Source of the DNA: Eledone cirrhosa
Taxonomy: Eukaryota
DNA: 64,000 nt
Assembly (NCBI GenBank): GCA_964016885.1
Contig: OZ024744.1
Location: forward strand, 62,124,001-62,188,000
Direction: 5' to 3'
Shown here piece by piece: positions 55,436 through 64,000 of the stretch. How positions within the stretch are numbered: the stretch's first letter is position 1; every line of letters starts with the position of its first letter. A program made the translations under genes and the position numbers. A model generated the notes under the pieces. That model did not search any database. It saw only the letters and a program-made list of their open reading frames with translations, and had not been told where the DNA came from.

Positions 55436-58400
55436 TAAGTCAGCGGCATATGCTATCACTTCTGGTTGCTTGCCGATATGATGGATGGACTATGGAATTC
55501 TGGAGAGTCTGAAAAATCTGGACACTCAGTGACAAAGATAAAGACAAATTCACCACATGCTGCCGGATGAAAAGACAAGGACTCCTCTTTGTTTCGGCCG
55601 CGGATGGCCAACATAACCTCCAACCCCGCGCCCCACCGTTCCCACCCACCAAACGCAATCCAAAACTTCAGAGTTGGTACCATGAATGTAGGCACCTTAA
55701 AAGGTCACTCTAACGAGGTTGTAGAAATGCTTGTACGTAAGGAGGTTGATTTTTGCTGTATCCAATAGACCAGGTGGAGGGGTGGGTCTGCTAGATTCAT
55801 TGTGGGTAAAAAACGATGCTATAAGCTTTCCTGAGTGGGAAATGAAAATGGGATGGGTGGGGTAGGAATCATGTTAGCAGAAAAATGGGTAGATAAGATA
55901 ATAGACGTAAATAGAGTGAACGACAGAATAATTAAAATAAGACTTGTCCTAAATAGAACTACTGTGACAGTAATATCTGCGTACGCACCCCAATCCGGAC
56001 TCCCTGGCGCTATAAAAGACAGATTCTACGAGACATTGATGCTCACTACCTCCCAAATAACTGACCGTGACTACATAATTATTGCTGGCGACCTAAATGG
56101 TCATGTTGGACAACATTGTGATGGCTATGACGGAATCCATGGAGGCTATGGGTTTGGTACTTGAAATGAGGAAGGCTCCAGAATCCTGGAATTCTGCGAT
56201 GCAAATAACCTAACTATCTGTAACACTAACTTCAAAAAAACGAGACAATCACCTGATCACCTATAGATCAGGGGAACACGCCAGTCAGATAGATTATATC
56301 CTTACCAGAAGACGTGATAGAGTGTCTGTTGTAAACAATAAATCCCTCCCCCATGAAGAATGCACCTCCCAACATAGACTCATAGTCAGGACAAGATATA
56401 CTCGACAACAGGGGAGGACTATCCTCAGGAGAAAAATATGGAAGCTAAAGGACCCCACAGCCAGTAATAAATTTAAAAGCATATTACTTGATGCTTATGA
56501 CAGTAAGGAAGAGCAATTAGAGTCGTACAATATAGAGGAACAGTGGGAATTCCTGAAAGCTAACCTGCTGAAGGCGGCAGATGAAGTCTGTGGCTGGAGC
56601 AGGCCTATAGGCAGGAGGAGAGTAATGTGGTGGTGGAACAGTAAGGTGGAGGAGTCAATTAAAGCCAAAAAGCAGGCTTGGAAAGTATGGCGGGGTGGGG
56701 GAAGTAGAGAAGACTATCAAGTGACCAGGAGGGAAGCTAGGAGTCAAGTGTACAGAGGAAAGAAAGTTCAAGCATGTTCTACAACGTGAGGACCAAAAAC
56801 ATGAGGTGTTCAGGATTGCTAGGCAATGTGTCAAGGAAAACCGTGATATTGTCGGGGAGAAGTGTCTCCTTAATGATGATGATGTACTTGCCATCACTGA
56901 CGCTGATAAGAAGGTAGCTTGGAAGTGTCACTACGAAAGGCTACTAAATGAGGAGAATAATTGGGAGAAAGACAGTCTCCCCCACATCGATCCAATAGAG
57001 GGACCAGCAGTGCTAGTTGAAGGTAGTATAATAAGTAAGGCAATCAAAGATATGAAGACGGGTAAGGCGGCTGGGCCTTCGGAAATAGTTGCTGAAATGC
57101 TGAAAGCATCTGGAACGGTGGGACCCACTATGGTCACTCGGATAGTAAACCAAGTCATACAGAATGGGGTTGTTCCGAAGGACTGGCGTAGCAGCATCAT
57201 CATTAACTGCTACAAGGGTAAAGGAGATGCCCTAGATAGGGGTAACTATAGAGGCATTAAATTAATTGACCAGGTCATGAAGGTCACAGAAAAAGTAATA
57301 GCGCAACTAATCAGAAAACGAATTGATCTAGATGAAATGCAGTTTGGGTTTGTGTCAGGTAAAAGTACCACAGACGCTCTTTTCATTGTACGACAACTAC
57401 AGGAGAAGTACCTAGCTAAAAGTAAACCCCTATACTTAGCTTTTGTTGACTTGGAGAAAGCCTTTGACAGAGTCCCCCGCTACATTATCTGGTGGGCGCT
57501 TAGAAAACTAGGTGTTGATGAATGGCTTGTGAGAGCTATACAAGCTATGTATAAAGAAACAGTCAGCAAGGTTAGAATTAACAACGAATATAGTGAAGAG
57601 TTTAGCGTAAAAGTTGGTGTTCATCAGGGCTCCGTTCTTAGCCCCCTACTATTTATTATTGCCCTTCAGGCTGTAACAGAGGAGTTCAAGACCGGCTGCC
57701 CATGGGAACTCCTATATGCTGATGAACTAACGCTCATAGCTGAATCAATGGCTGAACTCGAGAAGAAATTCCAAACATGGAAGCATGGCCTAGAATCAAA
57801 AGGCCTTAAAGTTAAATTGTCTAAGACTAAAGTTCTAGTTTGTAGGAAGGAAAATAGGGCACCGGTCCCATCTGGGAAATGGCCATGCTCAGTGTGTAGG
57901 AAAGGAGTAGGCAGAAACTCCATTTTATGTCCCAAATGCAAAGTATGGGTGCATAAAAGATGTAGTGGGATCACAGGTAAGCTAACTAAGAATATAGATT
58001 TTATATGTGGCCGGTGCTCTGGTGCAATAAGTAGCAGCTAGTGCCCACAGAATACCAGCTCATTCCATTGCACAGATGGTTCTATAGAATTAGTGGACAC
58101 CTTCCGTTACCTAGGTGACAAAATCAGCAGTGGGGGAGGGTGCTCTGAAAGTACAGTAGCTAGAGTCAGAACGGGATGGAAAAAGTTCAGAGAGCTTATA
58201 CCACTATTGGCCGCTAAAGGGTTCTCTCTAAAAATGAAAAGCAGGCTGTATGATGCCTGCATACGAACAGCAATGTTACATGGCAGTGAGACCTGGGCTT
58301 TGTGTGCAGAGGATATACGCAGACTGAAGAGAAACGAAGCTTGCATGCTCCGCTGGATGTGTAATAGTAATATACGTGAACAGCAAAGCATAAACGAACT

Positions 58401-59043
58401 AAGGGAGAAATTAGGAATAAGAGGGATCAGATGTTTACTCGAGAGAAGACTACGTTGGTACGGTCACGTGATGCGCATGAAAGACGACAACTGTATAAAA
58501 AAGTGCAGGGCGATAAAAATAGACGGTAGCCACGGAGTAGGCAGACCCAGAAAAACCTGGGATGACTTGATAAATTCCGACCTCACACACTTACACCTCT
58601 CCAAGACAATGTCACTGGACGGAGATCTTTGGCGCTACACAGTCATACAGAAGACCCGCCTTGCCTAAGTACAAAGCGAAACCTACAGTCAGTAGTCACC
58701 TCTAACAAAATACACCCCCGTCCCACTACCCCCACCCCATCCACAGCACCCCCTTAAATGTGAAGTTATATTGGTACCACAACATCCAGTCCGAAACAAA
58801 TGAGCTCGTGTAGGTGTCACGACAAAAAAAAAGCACAGTCCACGCTGTAATGTGGCCGTGTAGGCAACACGGTAAAAACCTCCCAGTCCACATTGTAAAC
58901 GTGGTTGGTGTTAGGACGGTCATAGAAAACCCGCCAGACAGTCCTATACAAGCAGGACAACAAATCTTGCCTCAAGTGGGAAAACTCCCGTCCAAACCCA
59001 TGCAAGCGTGGATGATGGACGTTAAACGATGATGATGATGATG
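55436..59043 (+). mobile_element. RTE copy 3, near full length (putative 5' UTR, single EN-RT ORF, 3' UTR, GAT tail)
   Basis: RVGTMNVGTL, VDFCCIQ*TRW, GVGIML, ISAYAPQ, GDLNGHVG, QIDYIL, then all RT motifs; 5' boundary approximate. Confidence 0.95.
55604..58668 (+). pseudogene. EN-RT ORF of RTE copy 3, inactivated
   Basis: Stops near 55765, 55832, 56162, 58039; deletions near 56380 and 56752; catalytic YADD mutated to YADE. Confidence 0.92.
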
Positions 59044-59624
59044 TATCATCAATCGACAATATGACACACGTACGCTTCAGTATTATTTAATAAAATGGTA
59101 GTTCTCTGATCATTAATTTACAAATGTATTCATCTTTTTAAAAAATTTATATCAGTGGTCTGCAGGATTTAAAATTATGAATTTAGTGGTTCAAAAGGTG
59201 GCAACTAGTGTTCTGAATGACACTTAAGACATTTTAAATATCAAAATATTAAAACTCCATAAATATTTTCTCCAACTCATGACAATTTCAAAACGATGCC
59301 ATATTGAATTGAGTAACTGCCTCAGCTTATAAAGCCTCTCATCCTTATGGGGTTGATAAAATAAAGTACTTGTCGCACTGGGGTCAATTTAATCAACTTT
59401 CCTCTCCCCCTCAAATTGCTGGCCTTGTACTTAAAGTAGAAACAATTATAATAGAATTTTATTTATAAACAATATTAAATTATGTTTATTTTATTTCATT
59501 ATTTTTAAAGACGTCTAAACTCTTGATACCACATCTGGTTCTATAACCCCCCCCCCCCCCCACACACACACACACACTATTTTAAAGAGTTCTTATTTAA
59601 ATAATAACTTGCCAACATTATTTC

Positions 59625-59724
59625 AGGCTAACTTTGCCTTTTATCCTTACGGGGTCGATAAAATAAAGTACCAGTAATGCACTGGGACAATTGCTGGCCT
59701 TGTGCCTAAAGTAGAAACAATTAT
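59625..59724 (+). mobile_element. SINE S1 3' half (another degraded copy at about 59305-59450)
   Basis: ACTTTGCCTTTTATCCTTACGGGGTCGATAAAATAAAGTACCAG...GTAGAAACAATT. Confidence 0.85.
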
Positions 59725-59953
59725 TTGATTAAGAACTTATGTTACAGATACTATTTGTAATAAGAACCTTAATGTTACAGGTACCAACTTAAAGAATTTG
59801 GAGGGGTTTACTAAAATTATTTCTATTAATTAATTGAATTATATATATAAATATATATATACATACACATTTCTATTACATATATATATATATACATACA
59901 CATTTCTATTACATATATATATATACATATATACACATATCTATTACATATAT

Positions 59954-60162
59954 ATCATCATCATCATCATCATTTTACGTCCGCTTTTCCCTGCTTGCAA
60001 GGGTGGGACGGGTCTTATTCAGCACAGCATCTCTCCATTCGTCACGGTCCCTCGTCATCTCCACCGTGAGCTTCAATGATCTGAGGTCTGTTCTCACCAC
60101 CTCCGCCCATGTTTTTCGTGGTCTACCTCTACCACGTCTTCCTTCAACTGGCATTTCCTGGC
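59954..60162 (-). mobile_element. Second RTE family, 5'-truncated 3' end with essentially no 3' UTR
   Basis: EMPVEGRRGRGRPRKTWAEVVRTDL...RDRDEWR...REKRT* immediately followed by the (ATG)n tail. Confidence 0.9.
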
Positions 60163-60178
60163 AGATACACATATCTAT

Positions 60179-60223
<45 letters not shown>

Positions 60224-60298
60224 GCATATCTATATATATACACATATCTATATATATACACATATCTATATATATACACATATCTATTACATATATAT

Positions 60299-60511
60299 AT
60301 CATCATCATCATCATCGTTTAACGTCCGTGTTCCACGCTCGCATGGGTTTGGACGGGGGTAGTCCCACGTGAGGCAAGAGAGGTTGTCTTGCTCGCATAG
60401 GAGTGTCTGGCGGGTTTTCTACGGCTGGATGCCCTTCCTAACACCAATCACATTTACAGTGTGGGTCTGGGAGGTTTTACCGTGTTGCCTACACGGCCAC
60501 ATTACAGCGTA
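60299..60511 (-). mobile_element. RTE family 1 3' UTR fragment
   Basis: Reverse complement of 2623-2835. Confidence 0.9.
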
Positions 60512-61009
60512 GATATATATATATATATATATATAGATATATATATATATATATATGTAATAGATATGTGTATATATATCTATAACATATATATATATAC
60601 ACATATCTATTACATATATATATATACACATATCTATTACATATATATATATACACATATCTATTACATATATATATATACGTAATAGATATGTATATAT
60701 ATATACGTAATAGATATGTGTATATATATATATATTAATATTTTTAACAAAAGAGTCTTATCTTGATAATGAATTAATGATTTCAATAAATCCTCAAACT
60801 TCTTCATTAATCCAATTAGAGTATTTCATAAATTATATCAACACGGGTTAAAGTTGATCAGAAAATAAATTTTATTTTATTTGTCAAAACAATTACAGGA
60901 GACATGAAAAAAGTTGAATCACTGTCTCATCTGTTGGAGTTGTTTAGCCCCAGGCTAGCACTGATCAAGAACTGTCAATCAAAGACATTCTGGATGTTTC
61001 CAGAAGTAT

Positions 61010-61445
61010 AGGCATAGCTGTGGCTGTGTGCTTAAAGAGTTCACTTTGCAACCATATGGCTTTGAGTTCACTCCCATTGTGAGGTATTTTAAATAACTGT
61101 CTTCTACTACAGCTTCAGGTTTCATGTTGACCAATGCCTTGTGAGTGAAATTTGGTAGGTAGGAATTCTGTGGAAGCCCATCATGCATGCATGCATGCAT
61201 GTATGTACGTACATGTGTGCGCGTGTACGCGCGCGCGCGCGCGCGTGCGGCCCCTTGTATGTGTTTACGTTTACTATTTATGTCCCCTAACTTAGCAGTT
61301 TGACAAAAGGAGATTGTTAAAATAAGTACTAGACTTAAAAATAGTAAATACTTGTGTCAATATGACTACCCTATGATATCCCTTCAAGGTGATGCCCCGG
61401 CATGGCCTCAGTCTAGTGACTGAAAACAGCAAAAGATTAAAAGAA
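61010..61445 (+). mobile_element. SINE S2 with internal microsatellite
   Basis: GTGGCTGTGTG..GAGTTCACTCCC..TGTCTTCTACTA..GCCTTGTGAGTGAAATTTGGTAG; 3' GACTGAAAACAGCAAAAGA. Confidence 0.75.
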
Positions 61446-61842
61446 CAATTATGAAATCAAGTGTCAGAAATGTAGTAGTAATAATAATAATAATATAGAA
61501 GATATGAAATCATTATCAGAGTAAGTACACTTACCAATCCCTTGAGAGCACTTATATATTTTTCAGTGTGTTAACTTCCACAAATCATGTATGATTTACT
61601 GAGCTTTCTAAATGTAAACCAGATGTTCAGACAGTAACTCAACAATTAGATTTTACATACAAAAAAGTATTAAAAAAACATGACCTAAACCAGTTATTAG
61701 ATGCAACTGACATTATTGGCATAATTACCTTGGAACAAGTAATTGTGGAATGCAATTTGAAATTGTGCAAGCTTATATATAAGAACCTAATTTTTGCAGG
61801 AAGGGTTCTTCTCACAGAGCCACATGCTAACGTTGTATTAAG

Positions 61843-62250
61843 ACACAAATATGGCTGAGCGGCTAAAAAGTTTGTTTTACAAACATGAGGTTCTGGGTAC
61901 ACAATTCCACTGTGTAGTATTTCAGGCAAGTGTCTTGACCCAAATCTTGTGAGTGAAACTGGGTAGGCAAAAACTGTATGGGAGACCCATTGGATTAACT
62001 GTGCCAGTAATTCAAAAGTCATGCTAATTCACCTTAGGAATTACATTAACAGTACATGTGTCTGTGGAATACTCAACGCCTTACACTATAATATAAGGTG
62101 GACTGTGCCAGTAATTCAAAGGTTCAGTCTTGTCACATATTGCATCATGCTAATTTATCTTAGGAATTACATGAAGTGTGCATGTGTCTATGGAATAGTT
62201 CTGCACTCACAGCTGATCGAACCACTACTCATTGTTGGAACTGACCAACG
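61843..62250 (+). mobile_element. SINE S2 head plus tandem second-type body
   Basis: Same arrangement as 12234-12875. Confidence 0.65.
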
Positions 62251-63138
62251 ATCCATCACAAAGTACGGTATATTTTGAATATTCAGTTTTTATTGACAAA
62301 TTTTTTTCAAACATTTGCTCATCATTGAGCTGTAGCTTACTTATTGCTGCTTTTACCAACACAATAATAGCCTCCTCTCATTTGAGCTTAATATTACACC
62401 AGCTCCATTCAGGACATATAAAGGAGTGGGGGCTGACTAGTACATTGTTTGGAGTCTATAGAAGGGAGAGGCTTTGTAAACATCTAATCAATCTTTTTCC
62501 TTAAAGAAAATTACAAAAGCCTCCAGGGCCTCTTGTTCTATCTTGCAAAATTTCAGTCACAGGTCTTGGCTTCACCCAGACCTAATTGTATGTGGCTATG
62601 TTCTTGCAAGTCAGTACAGCACAACCAAATAAATAGTCAAGAAGTTTGCTTCACAATCATAAGACTCCGGTTGGATCCTTCTCACACAATGTTGCCATAC
62701 ACATCACAATGTTGTCACACAGTAGCTTTGAATTTAAAATATTTTGCTCAAAGCTTCAAAAGTTCTGCTCAGTGGTTGGGAAAAAATAGATGAAACATTG
62801 ACAAAGAGACATTATTATAGCACTTAATGTCCTATTAATATCAAATAAATATGTCTATATTGTTTTCATTATTCTTACAATGAATAATTATGCTATATAC
62901 TAACACAATACATTTTCCCAAATAAAATAGAGATTCTAATAAAAGGTATTCCTAAAAAGCCACTCAGAAACAATTAACCATATTTCAATTAGCAATTAAT
63001 TAACTGCAAACATCAATGTTGACACAATATTTTTATTCGGTGACATTGAAGTACTGCATTACTAGATACTTATTACATTGGTTGAAACTTCTGAAAATGT
63101 TGAAGCTAAACAATTATATTATAATAAAAGATTACTTA

Positions 63139-63400
63139 GGCACAGGTGTGGCTGTGTGGTTAAGAAGTTTGCTTTGCAACCATGTGGTCTCAGGTTCAGT
63201 CCCACTGTGAGGTACTTCAGGCAAGTGTCTTCTACTATAGCCTTGGGTTGAGCAATGTCTTGGCAGGCAAAACTGTGTATATCATAACTCAGCAATTTGA
63301 GAAACTAAAGAATTAGACTTGAAAAAAATTAAGTACTAGGGTTCATACGGTTGATTAAATCCCTTAAAAGGTAGAGCCCCAGAATAGTTGCAGCCTAAAA
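63139..63400 (+). mobile_element. SINE S2
   Basis: GGCACAGGTGTGGCTGTGTGGTTAAG, GGTTCAGTCCC B box, GGCAAGTGTCTTCTACTATAGCC. Confidence 0.8.
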
Positions 63401-64000
63401 AAAAAAATTTTTTTTTTTTTAAACCTTACAAACAAATACTAACAACACACATTTACAATGGATGATTGCATGTTTCTTTTGACAGATTGGCCCTAGTAAA
63501 TATTTTTCCAAGTCTGGTATTTATTTTATCAATTTTTTTGTTGAACTACTAGAAAACTGGATGTAAATAAAGCGCATACATAAAAACAGACACACAAATA
63601 CAGATATATATGCACAAGTTTCTGTTTACCAAATTCCACTTGCAAGGCCAATAAAAACAATAACTGCCCGATTGGCATAGCAGCAAAATCTCCCTCAAAT
63701 CACAACATACCAGTAAAATAGGCACATGTTGGAGATTTTTGTTAAAAAAAGGTGTGACTTAAACATGGCTATGTATGGTATACATATGAGCTAGCAAGGG
63801 ACACTACAAGGTAGCTAGAACTGATAAAAATAGACAAATTCCCCCAATCCACACACTACTGTCTTATGTATACACTATATATATATATACTTATGTATAA
63901 GTCATACTTTCATTTTACATATAGTTTGAACCAAGGTTTTATAGGTTCAGAAGATATGTTTCATGCTGGCTTTTCACATCATATTTCTATGGTAAGAGGT

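Noticed and set aside
62300-62790. Possible host exon or very old L1/Tx1 RT fragment on minus strand (PLLY-like motif)
   Set aside because: Too degenerate to support by eye; needs tBLASTx.

Overview
AT-rich, repeat-dominated eukaryotic DNA, probably intronic or intergenic. The SINE and microsatellite repertoire suggests an octopus or related coleoid cephalopod (inference). No intact host gene or convincing host exon was found, and nearly all ORF-track entries are microsatellite or antisense artefacts. Main contents: (i) three decayed + strand copies of one RTE-clade LINE (1-2835, 32797-35596, near full length 55436-59043) whose RT carries an inserted C4HC3 PHD-type finger and ends in a stem-loop plus (GAT)n tail, with many 3'-end derivatives and a second RTE family; (ii) a near full-length, dead Penelope-like element on the - strand (about 41669-45330) with a CxCx5C motif (Naiad-like), a TGA exactly at a conserved Cys, and inverted termini holding complementary-degenerate copies of a minimal hammerhead ribozyme; (iii) a 3'-truncated CR1/L2-like ORF1+endonuclease fragment and a CRE-like restriction-like endonuclease remnant; (iv) two TTAA-flanked MITE families, hAT- and pogo-like MITEs and a 433-bp foldback; (v) several tRNA-derived SINE families; (vi) many micro- and minisatellites. 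Boundaries of decayed repeats are approximate and were read by eye.
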